Shown here piece by piece: positions 38,281 through 47,934 of a DNA stretch of 64,000 nt (the first letter of the stretch is position 1; each line of letters starts with the position of its first letter). A program made the position numbers and the translations under genes. The notes beneath the pieces are model-generated. The model did no database searches. It saw nothing but the letters and a program-made list of their open reading frames with translations, and was not told the origin of the DNA. This stretch comes from Bacteriovoracaceae bacterium (GTDB lineage Bacteria > Bdellovibrionota > Bacteriovoracia > Bacteriovoracales > Bacteriovoracaceae): positions 1 through 64,000 of the forward strand of contig JABIHA010000011.1 of assembly GCA_018649885.1 (NCBI GenBank), written 5' to 3'.

Positions 38281-38669
38281 TATTCCAGTCCTCGTTTATT
38301 GCCTACCTTTAACCCCAACTTCCGCTACAATATAACGAAAATGCGCTTTGCATCAAGCTATTGTTTTCATGAGATAAGAAATACATTATTTGTCTAAAAT
38401 TTATACAACTGGTAAAAATAGAAACTCAATATTTTCAAGGAGTTTCACGACTTATGAAACGCTAAACGGTTGAAAGTATGTGAAGATTTTGCATTTTTGT
38501 AGCACTGCTTATGAACTATAGATTATAAATAAATAAGACACATTACGAATTGACCTGATGACTAGAGATTCGGGTTTAATGAACCATTTAAAAAGTGGCT
38601 TTAATTGACGCCGTAAGTACAGATTCCCCCCCTTCGTCCTTATGTCTTTTGAGGCCATTTTTATTTCCA

Positions 38670-39689
38670 CTAAATTGACTTGAAATTGAGCTCTTCCATT
38701 ATGTAGCCCAAACAGTCACTATGGGCAACGGCTGCATCCTTAGTGAGCATAGAGGGAAATATAGGGTGCTTAGTAGTGATTTTACCGTCAGAATAATCAA
38801 AAATCCCATCTCCGATATCAATTCCCATCCTATCAGTCACAATTAATTTCTTAGAACCTGTGTGCTGGGCCAGGAGTGTGCCTACCTCAACCCACCTGAA
38901 GTTATGTTGATCAAGGTCAGTTATAAATGAGAAATCATTATCGCTACTAGGATTGTTATCAAAATCAAAAAGTCCATCCTCAGGTATGGTAATGGTGGCC
39001 CTTGTTTGAAAGACTTCCACATCACCAGGAACCTCAAAACTTGTAGGGTACTCCTCAAGATGGATCAGCCACTCAATAAACCTGTCACAGTTTTCCTTGG
39101 CAACACTATTACCTGATTGGGCACACTCTAGCACAAGTGAGGGAGCAAGCTTTGCAAAGGCCATACTTTGTACAGTATGGGGCTCAGTAAAGTAGACAAC
39201 TTTTTTTGCAAAGTGTGAGGCCAAATAAAGGAAGTTACTTCCAAGGGAATTGACACAAGCATAGAAAGGATTTTTTCCCGTATTGTTGTGAATATCAATA
39301 TTGGCAAAAATATTTCTCTCTTTTGCGTATTCAAAAACTTGCTTTGATAGAATTTCGTAAGCTCCCTCTCCACCGGCCCATACCCTATTGAGATCAGGTG
39401 AGCCTGGTAAAATCCTAAGCCCCTTAGCGGCTCCCACTGGATTTCCTATATAAATAAGAAGTGATCTGGGAAGAGTTCTATTTCTAAAAACTTCTAAAAG
39501 AGTTTTGAGACAATAGTAACTTGTGGTTTCATTTCCATGAATCAAAGTCGATATAAAGAGAGGACGTTTGTCTCTACCTTCTAACTCTAATAAAGTTGGA
39601 CCATCAAATACCTGGTCTATTTGCGCAAGGGAAGTGGTAAAAAATTTATCAGGAACACTTTTAAGAATTGAGAGTTTTATATTTTCCAT
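38670..39689 (-). CDS. M14-like succinylglutamate desuccinylase/aspartoacylase family peptidase
   Basis: IHGNE, GNP, DLNRVW, DIHNNTG, LEC. Confidence 0.85.
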   Translation of the reverse strand: MENIKLSILKSVPDKFFTTSLAQIDQVFDGPTLLELEGRDKRPLFISTLIHGNETTSYYCLKTLLEVFRNRTLPRSLLIYIGNPVGAAKGLRILPGSPDLNRVWAGGEGAYEILSKQVFEYAKERNIFANIDIHNNTGKNPFYACVNSLGSNFLYLASHFAKKVVYFTEPHTVQSMAFAKLAPSLVLECAQSGNSVAKENCDRFIEWLIHLEEYPTSFEVPGDVEVFQTRATITIPEDGLFDFDNNPSSDNDFSFITDLDQHNFRWVEVGTLLAQHTGSKKLIVTDRMGIDIGDGIFDYSDGKITTKHPIFPSMLTKDAAVAHSDCLGYIMEELNFKSI

Positions 39690-41110
39690 GTGTGAACTGG
39701 ATTACCTTTACTTTGATTTTCGATGTATGTTTCTAGCATTTTTTTAAAGCAACTTCCATGGTTTCTATAGTATTGTTTCTGCCAATTGGCACCATTTTGA
39801 CCACTTAAAAGCCTGCTTCTAATCACACCATTTATATAGTGATCCACTTCCTCAGAAGAGATTCCCATTTGTATTAAGGACTTTCTCACCTTAGGCAGAA
39901 CAGCTAGGATCAATTTTCTGACATTATAGCGCTTCCCATTAATCCAATGGACCTGAGCATTAAAACCGTTCTTTGCTGCATCATAGAAGTCATATTTGAG
40001 ATTTTCAAATGATATCAGCTCTTCAGGGCCTTCTTGGAGTGAGGCAATATAGTGGGTAAACCCAAGATAAAATGCCATTCCGGCCACCATGTCGATTGCA
40101 GTAGGCCCGGCAGAAGGTGTTCTATGTTCAATTCTTAGATGAGGATTTCCTTCCTCATTAAAACCAATCAAAGGACGATTCCAACGCCAAATAGTTCCAT
40201 TATGTAGTCTTAAGTGAGAAATAATATCTTCTTTGTCATCAAAGAGAATTGGCAGAAGAACAGGATACTTATCAACATTTTCAGTAAATAAATCAAAAAG
40301 TGAACCACCTGCATAACCATTGCCAAAGGTAACCCTCTTTTCCATTCTATGACCTTGCATTTTGATATTATCAAAATTCACGGCCTGCTCGAAAATGGAA
40401 ATTCTCGTTTCATCCCATAGCTCTTTTCCATATAAGAATGGAGAGTTTGCACAGAGAGCGACCATCAGTGGAGAGGCCATTAATGAGGCATTATAATATT
40501 TAACGGCTTGGTCTTGTGAGACACCAAGATGGATCTGAAGGCTAGTGGCCGCAGCTTCTGCCATCACATCTTTATGCTCGACCCTTAGCATTTCTTTGCC
40601 TTGAATATCGAGAACTATAGGTCTTCCACCTCTAAAATCAAGAACGCGGTCATTGAGAGCGTAATATCTTTTTTGAGGAGACATATATTTTAAAGTTAGT
40701 TCATCTTCTTTAACAGTGGGTAGGCTTCCAATATAAACGGGAGTCACTCCCAATTTCTGGGCCACTTCAACACATTTATCCCAAGATACGCTAAAATCTT
40801 TTTCTAGCTTACGAAGGAGTCCATCACCAAGTGGAAAAGGTGAACCATTAATTTCGAAATTAAACATGGAAATTTCAGGAACTATATTTTTGTCATCAAG
40901 TTTTTCTATAAACTCAGGAGCTTTAGGAGAAGGACTACCAGACTTATCAACCAGCCAAGCTTCTAATTCATATCCACACATGAATTCAGATTTATCAAAG
41001 CGTTTTTCTTTAAACCATTCCCTGAGATGATTTGTCTCAGATAAAAGCCTAGCAGAAAATTCTTTCTCATCCTCAGCAGTGAATTTTGATTTATCTATAT
41101 CTTGTCCCAT
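39677..41110 (-). CDS. Glutamate-cysteine ligase family 2 (GCS2)-type amidoligase
   Basis: GYELE, FEIN, TSLQIH, NSPF, HNGTIWRWNRP, RIEHR. Confidence 0.85.
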   Translation of the reverse strand: MGQDIDKSKFTAEDEKEFSARLLSETNHLREWFKEKRFDKSEFMCGYELEAWLVDKSGSPSPKAPEFIEKLDDKNIVPEISMFNFEINGSPFPLGDGLLRKLEKDFSVSWDKCVEVAQKLGVTPVYIGSLPTVKEDELTLKYMSPQKRYYALNDRVLDFRGGRPIVLDIQGKEMLRVEHKDVMAEAAATSLQIHLGVSQDQAVKYYNASLMASPLMVALCANSPFLYGKELWDETRISIFEQAVNFDNIKMQGHRMEKRVTFGNGYAGGSLFDLFTENVDKYPVLLPILFDDKEDIISHLRLHNGTIWRWNRPLIGFNEEGNPHLRIEHRTPSAGPTAIDMVAGMAFYLGFTHYIASLQEGPEELISFENLKYDFYDAAKNGFNAQVHWINGKRYNVRKLILAVLPKVRKSLIQMGISSEEVDHYINGVIRSRLLSGQNGANWQKQYYRNHGSCFKKMLETYIENQSKGNPVHTWKI

Positions 41111-41305
41111 AAAGTAATAGTATCAGTGATTTCCCTACTATTTAAGCAAAAGAATTTATCTGCAATGCTGGCAGGTCCATATTTACAAGGGTGAAAAGAG
41201 TTTTGACACTTTTAGAGAGGGGTATGGTTTCTACTACGCGACATTTCCACTATTTGTAAGCCCCCTACAATCACTATACAATATGTCCAAAACCTTGGAG
41301 TCCAC

Positions 41306-42583
41306 GTGGAAAGTGTAAAAAGAGTCTGTATTGTCGGAGGAGCGCGAATTCCCTTTTGTCGCTCACAATCTGCCTATAAGGGATTATCTAACTTAGATTT
41401 GATGGGAACGGCGCTAAGAGGCCTGGTTGATAAGTTTAATTTAAAAGGAAAAGAAGTTGGTGAAGTGGCCCTTGGTGCCGTCAACAAACATTCCTATCAC
41501 TTTGCCCTGGCCCGCGAATCTGTTATGGAAAGTGGTCTGTCTCCCAAAACCCCTGCTACAGATATGCAAAAGGCCTGTGGAACTTCACTTGAGACTTCAA
41601 TATTTATTGCCAATAAAATCGCCCTTGGCCAAATTGAATGCGGTATTGCAGGTGGAGTAGACACTAACTCTGATTTACCTATTGAGTTTAAGAAGGCCTC
41701 CTCAGATAGACTATTGTCACTAAATAGTGCCAAGACATTTAAAGATAAAGTGCAGGCCTTTAAAGGCTTTAATCCCAAAGAGCTTATGCCAACCTTACCA
41801 TCTATTAAAGAGCCTAGAACAGGGCTTAGCATGGGTGAGTCTTGTGAAGTGATGGCCAAAACCTGGAAAATCACAAGACTTGAACAAGACCAGCTAGCAT
41901 TTGAATCACACCAAAAAGCAGAAAGTGCATATGAAAAAGGCTTCTACGACGATCTATTGATTCCCCATAGAGGGCTCAAAAAGGATGCACTCGTTAGAGG
42001 TGACACCACCATGGAAAAAATGGGAAAGCTTAGGGCATGTTTTGATAGAACTGAGTCAGGAACTCTTACTGCCGCCAATAGCTCTCCACTAACCGATGGG
42101 GCTTCATGTACATTTTATTGCAGTGAAGATTATGCCAAAGAACATGGCCTTGAAGTACTCGCCTACCTAGGTCATGTCCAATCTTTTGCCGTGGACTACT
42201 TAGGAGATGAAGGACTACTGATGGCCCCTGCCTATGCAGTCTCAAAGCTTTTAGAAAAAGCTGGCCTTGGGCTTGCTGACTTTGATTTTTATGAAATTCA
42301 CGAAGCTTTTGCGGCCCAAGTTCTATGCACTATGAAATCGTGGAACGACTCCACCTTTTGCAAAGAAAAACTGGGAAGAGAAAATGTACTTGGCACCATT
42401 GATAGAGACAAACTCAATGTGAACGGTGGAAGTGTGGCGCTTGGACATCCATTTGCCGCTACAGGAACCAGGATTGTGGCCTCACTAGCAAAAATGCTTA
42501 AACAAAAAGGAAGTGGCAAAGCACTTATCTCGATCTGTACAGCCGGTGGCATGGGAGTCACGGCCATTGTTTACCGCGATTAA
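41306..42583 (+). CDS. Acetyl-CoA C-acyltransferase (FadI-like thiolase)
   Basis: KACGTS, SPLTDGAS, IHEAFAAQ, GGSVALGHPFAATG, ICTAGG. Confidence 0.92.
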   Translation: MESVKRVCIVGGARIPFCRSQSAYKGLSNLDLMGTALRGLVDKFNLKGKEVGEVALGAVNKHSYHFALARESVMESGLSPKTPATDMQKACGTSLETSIFIANKIALGQIECGIAGGVDTNSDLPIEFKKASSDRLLSLNSAKTFKDKVQAFKGFNPKELMPTLPSIKEPRTGLSMGESCEVMAKTWKITRLEQDQLAFESHQKAESAYEKGFYDDLLIPHRGLKKDALVRGDTTMEKMGKLRACFDRTESGTLTAANSSPLTDGASCTFYCSEDYAKEHGLEVLAYLGHVQSFAVDYLGDEGLLMAPAYAVSKLLEKAGLGLADFDFYEIHEAFAAQVLCTMKSWNDSTFCKEKLGRENVLGTIDRDKLNVNGGSVALGHPFAATGTRIVASLAKMLKQKGSGKALISICTAGGMGVTAIVYRD

Positions 42584-42838
42584 AGGCCACTTTAGCACCA
42601 GCATGTAATTACTGCTTGCAAGGTTTTGAAACAGTATTATCGCAAGTATCGATAGTGATCCCTTTGAATTTATTAGTAATTCATAGGGATATCACTCAAT
42701 TTTCATGGCCTACACTAAAGTAAGACTAAGCGCATAAAAACAACATTTTCTAACAATTCACAATCCCTCTTTACGCAGGTGTGATTTCGCCTTATCAATG
42801 ATTTCAACATATTCACATATTCCGGTTTTGGAGGACAA

Positions 42839-43426
42839 ATGAAAAATATTATCATCGCATCCCTAATTATGGGACTTTTCTCAGCAACTGCTCTTGCTAG
42901 TGCCAAAAGACCAGTACCTGGTAAGAGAGGACCAGCAAAAAGAGCAAAACGATTTAAACATGGAAAAAGAAGAGCAAAAAGAGGATTCTCAGTTCGGCGG
43001 CTTCTCTATGGTCAAACACCAGCTTGTAAGGCACTTAAAGTAACTGCAAAGCAAAAGTCCCTTATCAAACTTTCTGTACTTGATGCTAAATCTGACTCAG
43101 CTACTCTACGTGCTGATTTAATTAAAGCAAAAGTAGCTTTTAGAAAATTAGTTCTTGCAGACGCCACAACACTTGGTGACGCTAATTCACAAACTAAGTT
43201 AATTGTAGATGCCAGTGCAGATCTTCAACAAGTAAGACTTGACCTTAAATCAAAGGTTCTTTTCGGAATTTTATCTGCTGACCAAAGAAAATTGGCCGGT
43301 AAGTGTGTTCGCTCACAAAGAAGAGTAAGAAGACCACGTCCAGGTAGAAGACCACACCCTAGAAAAAGACCTTACCCAAGAAGACCTAAAAGACCACTAC
43401 CAAAGAGACCAATTATCATAAGGTAA
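42839..43426 (+). CDS. Exported, highly basic Spy/CpxP-like protein with Arg/Pro-rich tail
   Basis: Signal peptide; LKVTAKQK and ILSADQR LTxxQ-like motifs; tail RRVRRPRPGRRPHPRKRPYPRRPKRPLPKRPIIIR. Confidence 0.7.
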   Translation: MKNIIIASLIMGLFSATALASAKRPVPGKRGPAKRAKRFKHGKRRAKRGFSVRRLLYGQTPACKALKVTAKQKSLIKLSVLDAKSDSATLRADLIKAKVAFRKLVLADATTLGDANSQTKLIVDASADLQQVRLDLKSKVLFGILSADQRKLAGKCVRSQRRVRRPRPGRRPHPRKRPYPRRPKRPLPKRPIIIR

Positions 43427-43455
43427 GTTACTCATTCAATTTTCTCATAATATCT

Positions 43456-43483
43456 AAGGACCTCACAGTGAGGTCCTTTTTTT
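43456..43483 (+). terminator. Intrinsic terminator
   Basis: AAGGACCTCA-cag-TGAGGTCCTT followed by a T run. Confidence 0.85.
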
Positions 43484-43635
43484 ATACAATTTTCAAAAAA
43501 CTGCTTAGAGAAAATCCACCTGACTAAAACATCGACAATTTCGCCACAAGTTTCTCCCTAGTTATAGCGATTATATTTATTTTGCAACTAAACCCTCTCT
43601 CCCCCGTAGAATTTATAAACATAGAATAGGGAGAT

Positions 43636-44958
43636 ATGATGAAAACTTGGACGATAGCACTAATACTAATGTCACAATTTTTACTAACTGCATGTAGTGA
43701 TGATTTATTTAGTAGTTCAGATAACGACTCAGTTACAAGTGAGCCGGCGCCTGCACCACAGGCCCCCGCACAGCCGCAAGGAACTGATGAGATCGTAGAT
43801 GAAGATCAAGATGAGCAGTTTGATGAAGATGATAGTGAAGACCAAGATGAGCTTCTCAGTGATGAAATAGACGAAGATGATGATCAAGATGATGTTGCTG
43901 ACGAAGAAGATGATCAAGATCAAGACGATGTTGCTGACGAAGAAGATGATCAAGATCAAGACGATGTTGCTGACGAAGAAGATGATCAAGATCAAGACGA
44001 TGTTGCTGATGAAGAAGATGATCAAGACGACGTAGCTGATATAGATGAAGATGCTGATTTAGATGATGAAGATGCTGATTTAGATGATGAAGATGCTGAT
44101 CCTTCCATTAGTCATTTTCCTATCCTACCAGGTAAGTATGAACTAAGATTAAAGCACCAGGGAAGAATCCGTAGCTACACCCTTGTTATCCCTAATAGAT
44201 ATAATCACAGTAAAAAGGTTCCTCTTGTATTTGGATTACACGGTATGACTGGAACTCCTGAGTTCATTGAAGATAACACAAGACTTACTGAATATGCTCA
44301 AAGACTTGGTTTTATCGCTGTTTACCCAAAAGGTAATGATTTGTTTTTAGATGATGGTTTTGGCTGGAATCTATTATGGAGAGCACAACCAAGAATTCTA
44401 AAACAAGATAGACACAGCAATAATGTGGCCTTTCTTAGAAAAATCACAAGAGTGCTAAGAAGAAACTTGAAAATCAAAAGAAGAAGAATCTACGCCATGG
44501 GATTTTCAAATGGTGGAACTTTCGCTCAAAATCTAGCGGCCAAAGCACCAAGATTGTTTGCAGCAGTTGGCGCAGTAGGAGCAACAATTGGTGGAGCTAA
44601 TCCATTTTCACAAAAAATAGAGATCATGCCTAAACCTAAAATGGCCGTACCTGTATACTTGGCCTTTGGAAGGCAAGATTTAAGGTATATAAATATACCA
44701 CTACAGTTTAGGCCAGCTGCTATAGTAGGATTTTGGGTACTAAATAACAAATGTGACCTACGTCCAATACTACATTATAACTCAATCACTAATGTAGCTG
44801 TTTATACTTATAAAAGATGTAATGGACGGGCCAATGTCAAAGCAGCTTTCTATGACCAGGGACATGTATGGCCTAGGTTTGGTAACTCAGGCTTTAATGC
44901 CACTAAGAGAATGCTAAAATTCTTTAGAAGACATAGACTACCGATCTACAAACTCTAA
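43636..44958 (+). CDS. Lipoprotein alpha/beta-hydrolase (PHB-depolymerase/LpqC-like esterase) with acidic repeat linker
   Basis: Lipobox LTAC; LHG, VYP, GFSNGG nucleophile, GHVWP. Confidence 0.85.
   Translation: MMKTWTIALILMSQFLLTACSDDLFSSSDNDSVTSEPAPAPQAPAQPQGTDEIVDEDQDEQFDEDDSEDQDELLSDEIDEDDDQDDVADEEDDQDQDDVADEEDDQDQDDVADEEDDQDQDDVADEEDDQDDVADIDEDADLDDEDADLDDEDADPSISHFPILPGKYELRLKHQGRIRSYTLVIPNRYNHSKKVPLVFGLHGMTGTPEFIEDNTRLTEYAQRLGFIAVYPKGNDLFLDDGFGWNLLWRAQPRILKQDRHSNNVAFLRKITRVLRRNLKIKRRRIYAMGFSNGGTFAQNLAAKAPRLFAAVGAVGATIGGANPFSQKIEIMPKPKMAVPVYLAFGRQDLRYINIPLQFRPAAIVGFWVLNNKCDLRPILHYNSITNVAVYTYKRCNGRANVKAAFYDQGHVWPRFGNSGFNATKRMLKFFRRHRLPIYKL
43870..44100 (+). repeat. Coding tandem repeats: 36-bp unit (DQDQDDVADEED) about 4 copies, then 21-bp unit (DEDADLD) about 2.7 copies
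   Basis: GATCAAGATCAAGACGATGTTGCTGACGAAGAAGAT and GATGAAGATGCTGATTTAGAT repeats read directly. Confidence 0.92.
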
Positions 44959-44966
44959 AAAAAAGT

Positions 44967-45006
44967 AAAGGCCAAGAAAACTATCATCCTTTCTTGGCCT
45001 TTATTA
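44967..45006 (+). terminator. Intrinsic terminator
   Basis: AAAGGCCAAGAAA...TTTCTTGGCCTTT after the esterase stop. Confidence 0.7.
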
Positions 45007-45312
45007 TTAAATAAATTCCACCTAAATACACCGTACAAAATTTCATCAATTGTCTATCCAAAAAGGGACCAGCATCCCTTGAATAATCAGAAATTCACTA
45101 CCTAGGCAGGCCTATATTATGCACTGTAATGACAAATGGCTTTCACAAGGAGGAGAAAGTGAAGTTGGCCCTATTTCTATCAATTCTCATTTATTTTATT
45201 TTAATCTCAGGTTTTAACCTAGTACAAATTCATATATAGGCGCGTTGTCCCTTAAAAGATGGCCCACTCCTCCACTATCCTATAAACATCTTTTATATAG
45301 TGAGGAGATCTC

Positions 45313-46704
45313 TTGAAAATACTCATTTGCGGTGGCACTCTTTGTTATTCTCATGCAACATTCAAGGCGGACCTATTAGTGGTAGATGAAAAGATCGTGG
45401 CCATTGGTGATGACTTAAAAAAGCATCACAGCTTTGATGAACTCATTGATGCCCATAGATTATTAGTCTTTCCTGGAGGAATTGATCCACACACACATAT
45501 GGATCTTCCTGTTATGGGAACCCACTCAAGTGATGACTTTGAAACTGGAACCATCTCCGCCCTTCATGGGGGAACTACTTCCATCATCGATTTTGCCAAC
45601 CAAGAAAAAGGTGGAACCCTAAATGACGCCCTTGATATCTGGAAGGCCAAGGCCTCCGGCAAGGCCATTTCCGACTATGGCTTTCACCTCACCATTACGG
45701 ATCTTAACGAAAGAACAAAAAAAGAAATCCCTGCTATTTTTAAATCAGGAATCACCTCCTTTAAAACTTTCACGGCCTACCGTGGAAGTCTTATGATTGA
45801 TGATAAAATGATGGGTGAGATCATGAGAGAGATCAAAGCACTGGGAGGACTGGTAACAGTTCACGCAGAAGATGCGGATACCATTGAAGACAAAATTCGC
45901 GAATATAAAAATGCAGGCCTTTTAACCCCCAAGTACCACGCTCTTTCTCATCCGATTTCTGCTGAAGTTAAAGCTGCCAGTCGTGTAATGGATTTGGCCT
46001 ATCAAAATGAGTCTGGACTTTATATAGTACACACAAGTGCAGGTGATACATTGAAGGCAATCCAGAAAAATTTTGATCGAAGACAAAGAGTTTTTGTGGA
46101 AACCTGTACCCAGTACCTACTGCTTGACGACAGTGTCTATGACCAACCAGGGTTTGAGTCCGCAAAATATGTGATGTCTCCCCCTATTCGCTCAATAGAT
46201 GACTGCAAAGACCTTTGGTACGCCCTTAGAGCAGGACTTGTTCACTCGGTGGCCACTGACCACTGCCCCTTCCACTACAAGGGCCAAAAAGATGCAGGCG
46301 ACGGTGATTTTACAAAAATTCCTAATGGCGCTCCTGGAGTAGAAAATAGGATGGAGCTTATCTACTCCGAAGGGGTTGATAAAGGAAGAATCACCCTAGA
46401 AAAATTTGTTGAAGTAACCAGCACGTATGCGGCCCGAATATTTGGAATGAAAAATAAGGGAGCTCTCGATATTGGAAAAGATGCTGACATCGTATTATTT
46501 GATCCCAGTGCCTTGCACACTATTTCAAGTTCTAGCTCAAAACAAAATGTGGATTACAATCTCTATGAAGGACAAACTGTCACAGGCAAAGTTATCACTG
46601 TGCTGAGGCGGGGCAAAGTGGTTGTAAGAAATGGTAAAGCTGATCAGATGGAAAAGGGAACGGGGCAATTTATAAAAAGAGATAAATTTAACTTTTCTCT
46701 TTAA
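45313..46704 (+). CDS. hydA: Dihydropyrimidinase / D-hydantoinase (HydA/HyuA)
   Basis: PGGIDPHTH, GGTTSIIDF, SFK, VHAE, MSPP, TDHCPF, IPNGAPGVE, DADIV. Confidence 0.93.
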   Translation: MKILICGGTLCYSHATFKADLLVVDEKIVAIGDDLKKHHSFDELIDAHRLLVFPGGIDPHTHMDLPVMGTHSSDDFETGTISALHGGTTSIIDFANQEKGGTLNDALDIWKAKASGKAISDYGFHLTITDLNERTKKEIPAIFKSGITSFKTFTAYRGSLMIDDKMMGEIMREIKALGGLVTVHAEDADTIEDKIREYKNAGLLTPKYHALSHPISAEVKAASRVMDLAYQNESGLYIVHTSAGDTLKAIQKNFDRRQRVFVETCTQYLLLDDSVYDQPGFESAKYVMSPPIRSIDDCKDLWYALRAGLVHSVATDHCPFHYKGQKDAGDGDFTKIPNGAPGVENRMELIYSEGVDKGRITLEKFVEVTSTYAARIFGMKNKGALDIGKDADIVLFDPSALHTISSSSSKQNVDYNLYEGQTVTGKVITVLRRGKVVVRNGKADQMEKGTGQFIKRDKFNFSL

Positions 46705-46863
46705 GTAATGTGTTTCAGCATCCATGAAAAGTCTTCTATATACAGATATTGGTTTAATTTTCAGTAAAAATCGGAACATTTATTTATTTATAATTAGTTA
46801 ACGAATAGTAATTGCAGCAGTATCTTTTTTCTCAGATACCCATTAATGGGAAATAAGGGAGAA

Positions 46864-47367
46864 ATGATGAAAGCTATAATATTACTACTACTGCTATCAA
46901 TGAGTTCAAACCTATTTGCTCTTGCCAGCGTAGAATCAGATTGTGCCGACCAAAACCATATCAAAGAAGCGATCAAACAAGTCTTTAAAAAATATGGTGA
47001 TTTTGCCGGTTATCAAAAAAATCATGGTTATAAAATTCCAAAAACACTGATGGATTGTTTAAAAGGAAAACTTAAAAATGGAAGAGTTAAATGTCGGGCC
47101 AACACAAATCCTAGATGCATTACAGGCGCTCTAGGCTTTGCAACGGCAGGATCAAAAAATGCTAATATTTGCAAAAGAACTGAAGATGTTTTATCTGATT
47201 GTGATCAAATTGATAAAAGAGGCTCATACGCAATGCTAACTATGCACGAATGGACTCACGCTTGTGGCTATATCCCCGAAAGTCAGCCAGAAAATGTTGA
47301 GGAAGCAGTAATGGATTGGTGGAATTCGACCCATACAGGCTTCAGTACAAATTGTGCACAAAGATAA
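46864..47367 (+). CDS. Secreted Cys-rich protein with HExxH motif
   Basis: Signal peptide; MHEWTHACG followed by a downstream Glu; multiple Cys; GGGAG RBS before ATG 46864. Confidence 0.7.
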   Translation: MMKAIILLLLLSMSSNLFALASVESDCADQNHIKEAIKQVFKKYGDFAGYQKNHGYKIPKTLMDCLKGKLKNGRVKCRANTNPRCITGALGFATAGSKNANICKRTEDVLSDCDQIDKRGSYAMLTMHEWTHACGYIPESQPENVEEAVMDWWNSTHTGFSTNCAQR

Positions 47368-47378
47368 ATCAAATAAAT

Positions 47379-47409
47379 AGGGAGTTGGTAATTACAACTC
47401 CCTTTTTTT
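47379..47409 (+). terminator. Intrinsic terminator
   Basis: AGGGAGTTG...CAACTCCCT followed by TTTTTT. Confidence 0.75.
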
Positions 47410-47562
47410 CGCAAATATTTCATGTGTGTAACACGACTTGTTTCACAACATGATAACACTTCCACACTTTCCACGGTATTTTTTTCAAACACTCCTTCAC
47501 AGTCAAATTTTAGCATTGTACAAAACCTGCTCATTCATTTGAAAATTATAAGGAGTCACTCA

Positions 47563-47865
47563 GTGAATTTTTTTATGACATTTTTTTTAATGGCAGTCGT
47601 TAGCACCAATCTATTTGCTTCTCAGCAATATCTTGCTAATTGTAAAGGCGTAGGCAATGACACTCAAGCAACTATCACGAGTGATGGAGTGCTTGCTCTT
47701 ATTCAAGATGGCACTACAAAAAACTATCGCGTAAATTTATATCATGATATTGCTGATGGATACCCCGTTATTGTAGGTCTTCAATTGGGTTTAGAAGTGA
47801 CTATATCTGATGAGGATTCAAGTAGTGCTTTTATAAATGGAAAAGCTGTTGATTGCATTCATTAA
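47563..47865 (+). CDS. Small secreted hypothetical protein
   Basis: AAGGAG RBS before GTG 47563; signal peptide ending LFA; two Cys. Confidence 0.6.
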   Translation: MNFFMTFFLMAVVSTNLFASQQYLANCKGVGNDTQATITSDGVLALIQDGTTKNYRVNLYHDIADGYPVIVGLQLGLEVTISDEDSSSAFINGKAVDCIH

Positions 47866-47880
47866 TGCATTAAATAAAAG

Positions 47881-47909
47881 AAGGCCTTTATTGATACAAA
47901 GGCCTTTTA
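47881..47909. terminator. Bidirectional terminator
   Basis: AAGGCCTTT...AAAGGCCTT between convergent genes. Confidence 0.6.
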
Positions 47910-47934
47910 GTATATTTGGGTATTTTTTAATCGA

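Noticed and set aside
43870..44100. CRISPR-like 36-bp repeats
   Set aside because: Units are contiguous without spacers and in frame within a coding linker; no cas genes.
44959..45312. Purine riboswitch upstream of hydA
   Set aside because: Conserved purine-aptamer joining sequences were not found by eye.
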